Assembly: GCA_039029395.1 (NCBI GenBank)
Contig: JBCCGG010000014.1
Coordinates: 48,622-112,621 of the forward strand
Direction: 5' to 3'
DNA length: 64,000 nucleotides
DNA from: Pseudomonadota bacterium
GTDB lineage: Bacteria; Pseudomonadota; Alphaproteobacteria; Kiloniellales; JAKSDN01
Below the pieces are notes generated by a model. That model worked only from the letters and a program-made list of their open reading frames with translations, was not told the DNA's origin and ran no database searches. Shown piece by piece: positions 9,894 to 18,830 of this stretch. The number at the start of each line of letters is the position of its first letter. Positions within the stretch are counted from its first letter, which is position 1. A program made the position numbers and the translations under genes.

Positions 9894-11714
9894 CTAGAGC
9901 CCGAGCCTGGAGAGTGTCTCGTTGGTCGGCACGCCCTCGGTTGTCCAGCCGCGCTCCTGGTAATACTCGGGTATCATCTTGGCGATCTCCGCGACCTTAC
10001 CCTTGGCGGTGCCAGTGGGCGCCGGGGTTTCGAGCAGGCGCTTGGGCAGGTTGTCGTCGGCCTTGGTGAAGCCCGCCGCCAGATTGAACTGGCGCTCTAG
10101 GTTGAAGGTCCGCTCGCCCGATTCCACCAAGCGCTCCTCGCTCCACTCGCCCTCGCAGGCGGCGTCGACCAGCTGCTGAAACTCCGGCACGCCCCAAGCC
10201 GCCACGGTGAAGAGGCAAAGCCCAGTGGAGTCGATCATCGCCACCCGGTCCTGAGAGTCCTTGCAAGGCTTTGCTTTGCCGTTGCCGGTCTGGTCTTCCA
10301 TGTCCTCGGGGAAGGTGTCGTGCTTGAGGTGGCAGGCGCCCCGGTTGCTGGTAACGTAGCCCAGGCCCATGCCCTGGAGCGCGCGCGGATCGTAGCCCGG
10401 GAACTCCTGGCCCTTGACCCCCATGAAGAGCTCCGGATGGCCGTACTTCTCGCACAGGCGCTTGGCGCCAAGGCCGAGCTCCTTGCCGAAGCCCTCGCCC
10501 TTTCCAGTCTTCTCGGCCATCACGGTCAGCGCCTCGGCATTGCCGAAGTTCAGCTCCATACCGTCGGTCTGCTCCTTGGTGAGCGCGCCAAGCTCGTAGA
10601 GCTCCATGGCGGCCGATAAGGTCACGCCGAAGGAGATCGGGTCCATGCCATGCTCGTTCATCATGTAGCCGGCAAAGGTCAGCGCGTCGATGTCGTCGAC
10701 CGCGAGCATGGGGCCGAAGGCATAGGCGGTCTCGTATTCCAGCCCGCCCGAGGCGTGGCGGTACTCCGGCCGATTGACGATCGTGAAGTGCTGCTCGTCG
10801 ATATGGGCGATGCGCCCGCAGGCGATGGTGCAGCCGAAGCAGGCCTTGTTGGTGATCAGGTTGACGTGGCCGTGCTCGTTGGGCGTGGTCATGGCAGCCG
10901 GGTTGATCCTCTCGGTGCCGTCGAACTGGACCTCGTTGTAGTTGCGGGTCGGCAGGCCGCCAAAGGTCTCCATGGCGTCGATCATGTCGTTGGTGCCGAG
11001 CTCGGTCAGGCCCTTGCGGCCATCACTCTCGGCGAGCAGCTTGTTGGTCGCCTTGACCGCCTCCATGAAGCGCTTGGGATCGTCGACCGTGACGCCCAGG
11101 GTGCCGTGCACGCCGATCGCCTTGAGGTTCTTCGAGCCCATCACCGCGCCGACGCCGGAGCGCCCGGCCGCCCGATGCAGGTCATTGACGACGCAAGCAA
11201 AGAAGACGCCGTTCTCGCCCGCCTCGCCGATCGAGGCGACTTTCATCAGGGGGTTGCCGTGTTGCTTCTTCAGCCATTCCTCGGTGTGCCACACCGTGGT
11301 GCCCCAGATCTCGTCGGCCGGCAGGATCTCCACCTTGTCGTTGACGATATGGAGATAGACCGGCTTGGGCGAACGACCCTCGAGGATCAGCAGGTCGTAG
11401 CCAGCGTACTTGAGCTCGGCACCGAACTTGCCGCCCGAATTGGAGCAGGCGATCGCCCCGGTCAGCGGCCCCTTGGTGACCACCGCGTAGCGCCCGGAGG
11501 TCGAGGCCATGGTGCCTGTGAGCGGGCCGGTCGCGAAGATCAGTACGTTCTCCGGGCTTAAGGGATCGACCTTGGGGTCTATGGACTCGACCAGGTACTT
11601 GCTCGCCAGACCCCGTTCGCCCAGGTAGTCGTTGGCCCACTCCATGTTGAGGGGCTCGGTCGAGTGGGTGCCGTCGGTCAGGTTGATCCTGAGAACTTTA
11701 CGCTGCCATGACAT
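9894..11714 (-). CDS. Aldehyde:ferredoxin oxidoreductase (tungstopterin AOR family)
   Basis: ATGPLTG, SNSGG, RAAGRSGVGAVMGSKNLKAI, CxxCxxxC, EYET, GMDPIS, RGACH, DSTGLC. Confidence 0.92.
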   Translation of the reverse strand: MSWQRKVLRINLTDGTHSTEPLNMEWANDYLGERGLASKYLVESIDPKVDPLSPENVLIFATGPLTGTMASTSGRYAVVTKGPLTGAIACSNSGGKFGAELKYAGYDLLILEGRSPKPVYLHIVNDKVEILPADEIWGTTVWHTEEWLKKQHGNPLMKVASIGEAGENGVFFACVVNDLHRAAGRSGVGAVMGSKNLKAIGVHGTLGVTVDDPKRFMEAVKATNKLLAESDGRKGLTELGTNDMIDAMETFGGLPTRNYNEVQFDGTERINPAAMTTPNEHGHVNLITNKACFGCTIACGRIAHIDEQHFTIVNRPEYRHASGGLEYETAYAFGPMLAVDDIDALTFAGYMMNEHGMDPISFGVTLSAAMELYELGALTKEQTDGMELNFGNAEALTVMAEKTGKGEGFGKELGLGAKRLCEKYGHPELFMGVKGQEFPGYDPRALQGMGLGYVTSNRGACHLKHDTFPEDMEDQTGNGKAKPCKDSQDRVAMIDSTGLCLFTVAAWGVPEFQQLVDAACEGEWSEERLVESGERTFNLERQFNLAAGFTKADDNLPKRLLETPAPTGTAKGKVAEIAKMIPEYYQERGWTTEGVPTNETLSRLGL

Positions 11715-11750
11715 GATGCACTGTCCTCATGCTAGAAAAGATCGAGCCGC

Positions 11751-12221
11751 TTAGGCGGGCCGGCCGTGGCCGGCGAGCGCGGAGTCCTTCATGCGCTCAT
11801 AGCCCGTCCAGTCGGCCGGAACATAGGTGATCGCGTCGGTCGGACAGGCCTGCGCGCATTGAGGATCGCCGCCGCAAAGGTCGCACTTCATCACCTTGCC
11901 GGTGTCCTGGTTGTAGTTGATCGTGCCGAAGGGGCAGGCGATCGTGCAGACCTTGCAGCCGACACAGATGGAATCGCTGACCTCGACCGCGCCGGTCTCG
12001 GCGTTGCGCGAGATCGCGGAGACCGGACAGGCGTGCAGACACCAGGCCTCGGCGCACTGGGTGCAGGTGTAGGGTATCGCCCGCCGGCCGTGCTCAAACT
12101 CGAAGATCTTGATGCGCGATTTGGCCGGGTTGAAGCGGCCTTCATGCTCGAAGGAGCAGGCCATCTCGCACTGCAGGCAACTGGTGCACTTTTCAGGATC
12201 GATCAGTAGCGCTTTATGCAT
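11751..12221 (-). CDS. 4Fe-4S dicluster protein (AOR iron-sulfur subunit)
   Basis: Four Cys clusters (CTSCLQCEMAC, CTQC..C...CP, CVGCKVCTIACP, KCDLC..C...CP); start at MHKALL. Confidence 0.9.
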   Translation of the reverse strand: MHKALLIDPEKCTSCLQCEMACSFEHEGRFNPAKSRIKIFEFEHGRRAIPYTCTQCAEAWCLHACPVSAISRNAETGAVEVSDSICVGCKVCTIACPFGTINYNQDTGKVMKCDLCGGDPQCAQACPTDAITYVPADWTGYERMKDSALAGHGRPA

Positions 12222-12335
12222 TCCGTCCCTCATCTGAACAGACGGGGGCCGCAAACCTCCCCCGCATCGAGCCGGCACTTTAAAGGCTTCGGCGGCTTAG
12301 CGATAGACCCGAAAATTCTGTGGCTATTGGCCAGC

Positions 12336-12641
12336 TTAGGCAAGCAGATAGCGCGCCACGGCGACCGCCGCGACCCCGGCGCCGACGCCGGCGAAGTCGT
12401 TGCCGGAGAGCTGCCGGGCTATAAATGCGGCCAAGATGCCGAGCAGCTCCGGCGGCCGCCCGGAGGCGGCGGCCGGCGCCAGGATCGCGACCACCACGGC
12501 AAGCGGGATAGCCTGCAGCCAAGCCTCCACGCGGGGCGTGAGGCGCACCCAGCCCATGGCGAAGAAGCCCGCCGCCCGGCAGACGTAGGTGACCAGGCCC
12601 ATGGCCAGAAACGCGATCAGGAGATCAGGCGACGGGCTCAT
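12336..12641 (-). CDS. azlD: AzlD family membrane protein
   Basis: MGLVTYVCR..G motif, hydrophobic, overlaps azlC. Confidence 0.82.
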   Translation of the reverse strand: MSPSPDLLIAFLAMGLVTYVCRAAGFFAMGWVRLTPRVEAWLQAIPLAVVVAILAPAAASGRPPELLGILAAFIARQLSGNDFAGVGAGVAAVAVARYLLA

Positions 12642-13329
12642 GGCGCCAGGCCGCGGTCAAGCTGCCGGCCAGGCCGCCGGCCAGGATGTACCAAGGCCCG
12701 GGCAGGGCCCAATGAACCGCAATCGCACTGGCCGCGGCGGCGACGAGCGGCCAGAGATCGCCGCGCCCGCGCCACAGGCTAACCGCCATGGAGGCGCAAA
12801 AGGCGACCAGCAGGAAATCCAGCCCCCACGCCTCCGGCGCGCCGATCGCCCGGCCCAGGCGGTGGCCCAGCAGGGTGCCGCCCAGCCAGGCGGCGTAGAG
12901 CGCGAGCCCGCCGCCGACCAGGAAGGCGCCGTCGCGCCGGCCGGCGGCCCACTCGCCCATGGCCTGGAGCCAATTGGCGTCGCCCATGAAGAACAGCGAG
13001 CCGTAGGCGCGCGGCCGGCTGAGCCGTGCAAACCAGGGTCTGAGCGCGGCGCCCATCAACAGGTAACGGGCGTTCATGCCGAAAATCGCGATCAGCAAGG
13101 CGACCAGCGGGATCGGCTCGGCCCAAATCTGCAGGGCGACGATTTGGGCCGAGCCGGAGTTGACCAGAGCGCTCATCATCAGCGCCGCCGTCAGGTCGAG
13201 GCCGGCTTGGTCGGCCAACACGCCGAAGGCGAGCCCATAGAGCACGGTGCTGGCCGCGAAGGCGGTGATCGCCCGGGCGCCGGCCCGCGCGCCGGCAAGG
13301 GTGAAGGGGACCGGGTCCCGGCGAGCCAA
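12625..13329 (-). CDS. azlC: AzlC family branched-chain amino acid export permease
   Basis: SGSAQ, NARYLLMG, FFMGDANW, GLDF; TTG start at 13329 with AAGGAGG RBS. Confidence 0.85.
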   Translation of the reverse strand: MARRDPVPFTLAGARAGARAITAFAASTVLYGLAFGVLADQAGLDLTAALMMSALVNSGSAQIVALQIWAEPIPLVALLIAIFGMNARYLLMGAALRPWFARLSRPRAYGSLFFMGDANWLQAMGEWAAGRRDGAFLVGGGLALYAAWLGGTLLGHRLGRAIGAPEAWGLDFLLVAFCASMAVSLWRGRGDLWPLVAAAASAIAVHWALPGPWYILAGGLAGSLTAAWRHEPVA

Positions 13330-13330
13330 T

Positions 13331-13403
13331 CTAACCTCCTTAAGGGTTAGTTTGACAGAACCTAGGGCGCCTGCTTTCATTCGTCAACCATCATGGTGGT
13401 TAG
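13331..13403. promoter_or_regulatory. Two copies of the palindrome YAACC-N8-GGTTAG (candidate operator)
   Basis: CTAACC-tccttaag-GGTTAG (13331-13350) and TCAACC-atcatggt-GGTTAG (13384-13403) in the divergent gap. Confidence 0.65.
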
Positions 13404-13405
13404 AA

Positions 13406-14038
13406 ATGACGACCCTTGATCCCCTGCCCTCCTATGGCGACCGGACGCCCAAGCTGATCGGCGGCCTGCCCTGCTTGGACTTCGTCAACACGGTGGAGTG
13501 GCGCGGCGATCCCACGGCTTGGGGCGAGCACCTGATCAATTACGGCGAGCTGATCCATTGGGCGGGAGCGGCTGGCCTGGTGGCCCGCAGAGAGGCCAAA
13601 CGGCTGCTCAGCGCCGCCAAGCGCGACCCAGATGCGGCCCAAACGGTCCTTAAGGAAGCGGTCGACCTGCGCGAGACGCTGGCACGCTTGCTGCGGAGCC
13701 CAGATCTACCCGAAGAGTCGGACCTGGCGCGGGTCAACCGTCTGCTCGCCCAAGCGCCGGCGCGTGGCGTCCTATCGGCCGCGGATGGCGGATTCGCCTG
13801 GGCCGGCGGCGGTGAGTCCCTCTGGCGCCCGCTCTGGCCGGTCTTGTGGAGCGCCGCCGATCTGCTGACCTCCGAGCGGCTCGGCCAGGTGCGCGCCTGT
13901 TCCGATCCGCGCTGCGGCTGGCTCTTCCTGGACACCTCGCGCAACCGCTCCCGGCGCTGGTGCGCCATGGCCGACTGCGGCAATCGCGCCAAGGCCAGGC
14001 GGCACTACGCGAGGCGCCTCGAGCAGAAAGGCCCTTGA
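13406..14038 (+). CDS. ABATE domain / CGNR zinc-finger protein
   Basis: LDFVNT N-terminus; C-terminal CSDPRCGWLFLDTSRNRSRRWCAMADCGNRAK. Confidence 0.9.
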   Translation: MTTLDPLPSYGDRTPKLIGGLPCLDFVNTVEWRGDPTAWGEHLINYGELIHWAGAAGLVARREAKRLLSAAKRDPDAAQTVLKEAVDLRETLARLLRSPDLPEESDLARVNRLLAQAPARGVLSAADGGFAWAGGGESLWRPLWPVLWSAADLLTSERLGQVRACSDPRCGWLFLDTSRNRSRRWCAMADCGNRAKARRHYARRLEQKGP

Positions 14039-14045
14039 GCGGAGA

Positions 14046-14276
14046 TCAGCTGTTAGCAGGTGGCGCGACGCGCTTGTGGGCCTCCTCGATGATGGATTTG
14101 TTCAGGATTCGAACCGCGCCGACCATCAGCAAGCGCATGTCCTCGACGATGTAGTCCGCCAAGTCCTCGTCGGAGATCTGCTCGCCCTCGATATCTAGGC
14201 GAAAGCCCTGGCCTTGAATGCCGCCGCCGTTCGAAAAATCCACCTCGAAGTCGAACTGCACCCGTTTGTCGCTCAT
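14046..14276 (-). CDS. Small protein resembling the N-terminal domain of cyclase (kynurenine formamidase-like) family proteins
   Basis: RVQFDFEVDFSNGGGIQGQGFRLDI..LADYIVEDMRLLMVG.VRILNK; GGAG RBS upstream. Confidence 0.7.
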   Translation of the reverse strand: MSDKRVQFDFEVDFSNGGGIQGQGFRLDIEGEQISDEDLADYIVEDMRLLMVGAVRILNKSIIEEAHKRVAPPANS

Positions 14277-14346
14277 GATCCCGCTCCTGACCGCAGTTTC
14301 ATTTCCTGGCGCCGCATCGGCGCCAAGCTCAAAAAGTTTCGATCGA

Positions 14347-14384
14347 ATGTAACTAGTATTATAGGTTACATCGTGTTTTGTCAA
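14347..14384 (-). promoter_or_regulatory. Sigma70-like promoter overlapped by ATGTAAC-N11-GTTACAT inverted repeat
   Basis: Minus strand TTGACA-aaacacgatgtaacc-TATAATACT; inverted repeat at 14347-14371. Confidence 0.55.
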
Positions 14385-14398
14385 GAATGTTGCGGCGC

Positions 14399-14662
14399 TC
14401 ACCAAATCGCCGCGCCCAGCTCCGCCTTCTTGGCGTCCCAGTCGGGCTTCTCGAGCACCTGGATGCCGTTGGCCTGGATCAAGGCTTGGAGCGACCCACC
14501 GCGTTTCTCGTGGAACTGGGTCAGGCGGCCAGGGCCAGCCACCACCTCGAGGCCCTCGACCGTCTGGATCGCCGCCATCAGGGCTTCATTGCCGGCTGGG
14601 CTCATGACGGTAAGCAGGCGGCCCCAACTGTGGGTCCGGCCGATCAGGCCGTAGATCGTCAC
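14399..14662 (-). CDS. Hypothetical protein (87 aa)
   Basis: GTG start overlaps the GNAT stop (GTGA); MTIYGLIGRTHSWGRLL...ELGAAIW. Confidence 0.7.
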   Translation of the reverse strand: MTIYGLIGRTHSWGRLLTVMSPAGNEALMAAIQTVEGLEVVAGPGRLTQFHEKRGGSLQALIQANGIQVLEKPDWDAKKAELGAAIW

Positions 14663-15204
14663 GGCCGCTCGGGGCCTGGCAGGGTCCGGTCGCCCTCGCC
14701 CAGGGCGCGCTCCATCAGGACCGTGTCGACCCAGCGGCCGTGCTTGAAGCCAACCGCCGGCAGCACGCCGACCAGGGCGAAGCCCTGACGCTCGTGCAAA
14801 CCGACAGAGGCGTGGTTGCCGCTGTCGCCGATCACCGCGACCATGCGTCGGAAGCCTTGGGCCGTACAGCGGGCGATCAGCTCGGCCAGCAAGGCCTGGC
14901 CCAGTCCATGCCCCTGACAGTCCGGCGCCACGTAGACCGAGTCCTGGACGGCAAAGCGGTAGGCCGGCCGCGAGCGGTAGGCGCTGGCATAGGCGTAGCC
15001 GCCGACCCGGCCCTCGTGCTCGGCGACCAAGAAGGGGTAGCCATCGGCAACCAGGCCGCGATAGCGAGCCGACCAATCCGTCAGATCCGGCGCCGTCTCC
15101 TCGAAGGAGCCCAAACCGTGGGCCACGTGGTGAGCATAGATCTCGTGGGTCGCACTGAGGTCGGCCGCACTGGCGGCACGCACGCTCGGCGCGCTTGCCG
15201 TCAT
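14659..15204 (-). CDS. GNAT acetyltransferase (phosphinothricin/methionine sulfoximine acetyltransferase-like)
   Basis: SFEETAP, YRSRPAYRF, SVYV, GHGLG, VGFKHGRWVD; start overlaps the upstream stop. Confidence 0.88.
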   Translation of the reverse strand: MTASAPSVRAASAADLSATHEIYAHHVAHGLGSFEETAPDLTDWSARYRGLVADGYPFLVAEHEGRVGGYAYASAYRSRPAYRFAVQDSVYVAPDCQGHGLGQALLAELIARCTAQGFRRMVAVIGDSGNHASVGLHERQGFALVGVLPAVGFKHGRWVDTVLMERALGEGDRTLPGPERP

Positions 15205-16100
15205 CAGCTCGCCAGGCGGCGCCGGTCGAGGCCCGCCAGGGCGACCATGATCGGTGTCATCTGGGCGGCCAGGGCGTCGAGGCTGGCCGAGCGCTTGATC
15301 TTCATCTCGTCCATGTAAAGCCGCCGGCTGATCTCGATCTGCAGGGCATGAACGCCCTCGCGCGGCCGGCCGTAGTGGCGGGTGACGAAGCCGCCCGAAT
15401 AGGGCGCGTTGCACGCCACCCGGTAGCCCAGGCGTGCCAGTTCCTCGGCGACCAGCTCGGTCACCGCCGGCGCGCAGGCCGTGCCGTGGCAATCGCCAAG
15501 CACGAAGTCGGCCTTGGTCGGCGCCGCGCCACGCTCGGCCGAACCACCCCTGCTGGACACCGTGGACGGCATGGAGTGGCAATCGACCAGGATGCAGAAG
15601 CCGAAGCGCGCCTGGGTCGCCTCGATCAGCTCCTTGAGCGCCGTGTGGTAGGGCCAATAGCAGCTGCGGATGCGCCCCAGCGCCTCGCGAAAGCTGAGCT
15701 TGCCGCCATAGATCTCGGTTCCGTTAGCGACCACCCTGGCGATCGTCCCCAGGCCGGCGGCAACCCGGGGCGAGCGTGTGTTGGCATAGGCCGGCAGGGG
15801 CTCGTCAAACATCCCGGGGTCGAGCTCGAAAGGCTCCCGGTTGGGATCCACATAGGCGCGCGGAAAGAGCGCGCGCAGCAGCGGCGCGCCAAGGTTGGGC
15901 GCGGCGCCGAAGATCTCGTCGACGAAGCTGTCCTCCGAGCGGCGCAACATCAGGCGGTCGAGCTTGGACGCGGCGACGAAGGCCTCGGGATAGCGGTTGC
16001 CGCTGTGCGGCGAGGCGAAGACCAGAGGCATGGTTTGGCGCGAGGGCGCCAGCACCTCGTGAGAGGCCTCGGCTTCGGCGATCTGAAACTCCGCGTCCAT
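15204..16100 (-). CDS. N-formylglutamate amidohydrolase family protein
   Basis: SPHSG, SEDSFVD, RAYVDPNR, YWPYH, DCHSMPS, PYSGG, ALQIEI. Confidence 0.88.
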   Translation of the reverse strand: MDAEFQIAEAEASHEVLAPSRQTMPLVFASPHSGNRYPEAFVAASKLDRLMLRRSEDSFVDEIFGAAPNLGAPLLRALFPRAYVDPNREPFELDPGMFDEPLPAYANTRSPRVAAGLGTIARVVANGTEIYGGKLSFREALGRIRSCYWPYHTALKELIEATQARFGFCILVDCHSMPSTVSSRGGSAERGAAPTKADFVLGDCHGTACAPAVTELVAEELARLGYRVACNAPYSGGFVTRHYGRPREGVHALQIEISRRLYMDEMKIKRSASLDALAAQMTPIMVALAGLDRRRLAS

Positions 16101-16188
16101 CACTCCTCGAACCTTCTCGGGACCCTCTTCCTGTCTAGGCCATCTGCGCGCGCCTGTCACCGGGGTTTGCGCTGTAGCGCGTCCTTTC

Positions 16189-16265
16189 GAGTCATGGTAA
16201 AGGCTCGTTAACTTTTGTTTTCTATCTTCCAGCCTGAGTACTATCCTGCGGTTTCGGCTCGAGTC
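16189..16265 (+). promoter_or_regulatory. CtrA-like box (GTAA-N7-TTAAC, 16197-16212) flanked by two GANTC sites upstream of cpdR
   Basis: One mismatch to TTAA-N7-TTAAC; GAGTC at 16189 and 16261. Confidence 0.65.
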
Positions 16266-16300
16266 GGCCGCCCTGGATCCGAACTGGCGCAAAGTGTGAC

Positions 16301-16663
16301 ATGGCACAGATTCTGCTGGCCGAAGACGACGATTCCATGCGGGACTTTCTGGCCCGGGCCTTGACCCGTGCCGGCCATCAAGTGCGCGCGGTCGGCGACG
16401 GCATCGACGCCCTGACCACCCTGGGCGAAGGCCCGATCGACCTGCTGCTCGCCGACGTGGTGATGCCCGGCCTCGACGGCATCGAGCTGGCCCGGCGCGC
16501 CGCCAAGGAACAGCCCGGCATAAAGGTTATGTTCATCACCGGTTTCGCCGCGGTCGCGCTGAAAGCGCGCGACGCCACGCCGACCGGCGCCCGGGTGCTC
16601 TCCAAACCATTTCATCTGCGCGAGCTGGTCAACCAAGTCGACATGATGCTGGCGGCCAGCTAG
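16301..16663 (+). CDS. cpdR: Single-domain response regulator CpdR
   Basis: ILLAEDDDSMR, DVVMPGLDGIELARR, MFITGFAAVAL, LSKPFHLRELV; lies between FGase and tRNA-Val. Confidence 0.92.
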   Translation: MAQILLAEDDDSMRDFLARALTRAGHQVRAVGDGIDALTTLGEGPIDLLLADVVMPGLDGIELARRAAKEQPGIKVMFITGFAAVALKARDATPTGARVLSKPFHLRELVNQVDMMLAAS

Positions 16664-16738
16664 TTCCACTTGCCAAGCCCACGGACTTAGAGGTATACCG
16701 CCCCCGCTCCCGGCAGTGGCCCGGGACGCCACCCGGTG

Positions 16739-16815
16739 GGGCGCGTAGCTCAGGTGGCTAGAGCGCTTGCTTGACATGCAAGAGGTCCCTGGTTCAAGTC
16801 CAGGCGTGCCCACCA
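16739..16815 (+). tRNA. tRNA-Val (GAC)
   Basis: Acceptor stem GGGCGCG/CGTGCCC-A-CCA, anticodon arm CTTGC-TTGACAT-GCAAG, T-loop GGTTCAAGTCC. Confidence 0.97.
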
Positions 16816-16876
16816 TCCAACTCTTTGAAATGACCGAATAGATGCCCGATCGGTAGAATCCGGGCCGTGCCCGAAT

Positions 16877-17413
16877 CTAGGCCTCGCGCGAGCGCCAGGC
16901 CATCACCAGCAGCCAGAGTGACCAGACGATGTAGCTCGCGCTGAGGCCCAGCACCACGACCACCACGCGGGCGTTGGGGTCGGGAGTCAGCAGCACGGCC
17001 GCGGTCAGCAGCACTGCTACGACTGAAAAGGCGACCCAAAAGGCCCGCTTGGCCCGGGCGATCCCGGGCGCCGGGCGGGCTAGCACCCGAGGGCCGAAGC
17101 AGAAGGTGGTCCACATGGCGAACATGCCCGGCTGGAAGGCGTTGCTCCCGGGGCCGTTGCCCAGAAGAAACCATTCCACCGAAAGCCCGCCGATGCCGAC
17201 CAGGGCGTAGTGCACAAGGTCGGCCCGCCAGCGCGCGGCAATCAGCCGGTCAAGCAGCCGGCTGAGCCCGTAGGCCAGGCTGACGATCACCGGGTACGCG
17301 GCAAGCGCGATCCAGAAGGCCTGGGGCTTTATGCCGGCGACCAGTTTGAGCTCGGCTTCGGTAAACAGGCCGAGCAGCAGGCCGAACAGGAGAAAGCGCA
17401 CGTACTGTCCCAT
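16877..17413 (-). CDS. Hypothetical multi-pass membrane protein
   Basis: About 6 hydrophobic segments; start at MGQYVRFL (uncertain). Confidence 0.7.
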   Translation of the reverse strand: MGQYVRFLLFGLLLGLFTEAELKLVAGIKPQAFWIALAAYPVIVSLAYGLSRLLDRLIAARWRADLVHYALVGIGGLSVEWFLLGNGPGSNAFQPGMFAMWTTFCFGPRVLARPAPGIARAKRAFWVAFSVVAVLLTAAVLLTPDPNARVVVVVLGLSASYIVWSLWLLVMAWRSREA

Positions 17414-17610
17414 CGGTGGTCCCAGCAGCAAGGACTCGGTAGGCACGTGCCTCGCACTCATGAGGCAATGCCGGGTCTGTAAAACGATCCTTCAGGGCAT
17501 GATCGCCAAGCGGCCAGCGGCGTCGCAATTGACCAAGCATACGGACCACGAACCAAGGATGTTCTAGGGTGTAGAAACGCCCTGCAGCCACCTGCTGCGA
17601 GGAGATAGAT

Positions 17611-18765
17611 GTGAACGCGCGACGGCCATTGGAAGACATTATGCCGGACTGGTCCGCCCTCACGGTGGTCATTCTCGGCGTCACGGCCTTCACCGTTGCC
17701 CAGGGGCTCACCTATCCCTTGATATCGCTGCTCCTCGAGAGCAAAGGCGCCTCGGGCAGCCTGATCGGCCTTAACGCCAGCACCTACGCCATTGGAATGG
17801 CGTCGGCAACGCTCCTCATTGGTCGGCTGACGGCCTCGGCCGCGGGCGATAAACTGATCATCGCGGGTCTGCTCGGCTCGTCGCTTTCCCTTGCCAGCTT
17901 CGCCCTTTTCGACCTGCTCTGGGTCTGGTTCTTGGCGCGCTTCCTGCTCGGCTTCTGCGCCAGCGTGGTCTTCATGCTGAGCGAGGCCTGGCTCAACACG
18001 GCCTGCCCCGACCGGCTTCGCGGGCGGGCGTCGGGCCTCTACGGCGGCGGAATGTGCGCCGGTTTCGCGGCGGGACCGCTAGCGATCCCATTGTTCGGCA
18101 CCGACAACGGCTTCGCCTTCGCGCTGATCGCGGTCTATACGGCCTTGGTGGCGTTCGGCACGGCAATCTTGAGCCGAAAGGCCCGCACCAAGCCTGAGCC
18201 CTCGCCTGCCGGCGGCCTAATGAAATTCCTCCAGCGCGCGCCGATCCTGGTTGGCATGGTCTTCGCCTTCGGTTTCGCCGACATCGCGGCGATTTCAGTC
18301 ATGCCGGTCTACTTCATCAAGGTGGGTCACTCGGAAGCTTTTGCCGCCTTGAGTGTCACGATCATGGCGTTGCCGACCGCGCTCGCGCAGCCTCTTATTG
18401 GTATGCTGCTCGACAGGCTCTCTCGGCCGGCCGTCGCGACCGCCTGCGCCTTCTTGGCCGCCGTCAGTTTTCTGGTAATTCCCTACCTCCAGTCGCAGGT
18501 GGCAATTCTTTCGGTCTTTGCGGTCATGGGGGCGGCGAGCTTCGCGCTTTACACCTGTGCTTTGACCCTGCTCGGCGAGCGCTACACCGGCGGCTTGCTG
18601 GTCGCCGGCAGCGCCGTGTTTGCGCTCGCCTATGCTATCGGCAGCGCGTCAGGATCGACGGCGACCGGCCTTGCAATGGACTTCTTCGGACCGCCCGCCG
18701 CGCCACTCAGCGCGGGACTGGTGCTGCTCCTCTTTGCTATTTTGGTGACGGTGATTCGCCGCTAG
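17611..18765 (+). CDS. MFS transporter (YcaD-like)
   Basis: 12-TM pattern, SEAWLN..RGR..GLY, QPLIGMLLDR; GAGGAG RBS. Confidence 0.85.
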   Translation: MNARRPLEDIMPDWSALTVVILGVTAFTVAQGLTYPLISLLLESKGASGSLIGLNASTYAIGMASATLLIGRLTASAAGDKLIIAGLLGSSLSLASFALFDLLWVWFLARFLLGFCASVVFMLSEAWLNTACPDRLRGRASGLYGGGMCAGFAAGPLAIPLFGTDNGFAFALIAVYTALVAFGTAILSRKARTKPEPSPAGGLMKFLQRAPILVGMVFAFGFADIAAISVMPVYFIKVGHSEAFAALSVTIMALPTALAQPLIGMLLDRLSRPAVATACAFLAAVSFLVIPYLQSQVAILSVFAVMGAASFALYTCALTLLGERYTGGLLVAGSAVFALAYAIGSASGSTATGLAMDFFGPPAAPLSAGLVLLLFAILVTVIRR

Positions 18766-18830
18766 GACGTGAGGAGAGAGAACCACAAGGGGTGTTCTCG
18801 TGTGGCACGACCGGAGCTATGATGGGCCTT

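Noticed and set aside
16739-18780. Integrative element at tRNA-Val
   Set aside because: No integrase and no duplicated tRNA 3' end seen in the window
18803-18818. Sigma54 promoter-like TGGCACGACCGGAGC, with the same 12-mer on the minus strand at 4981-4992
   Set aside because: The -12 element is poor here and misplaced at 4981; repeated 12-mers are expected by chance in 64 kb of GC-rich DNA
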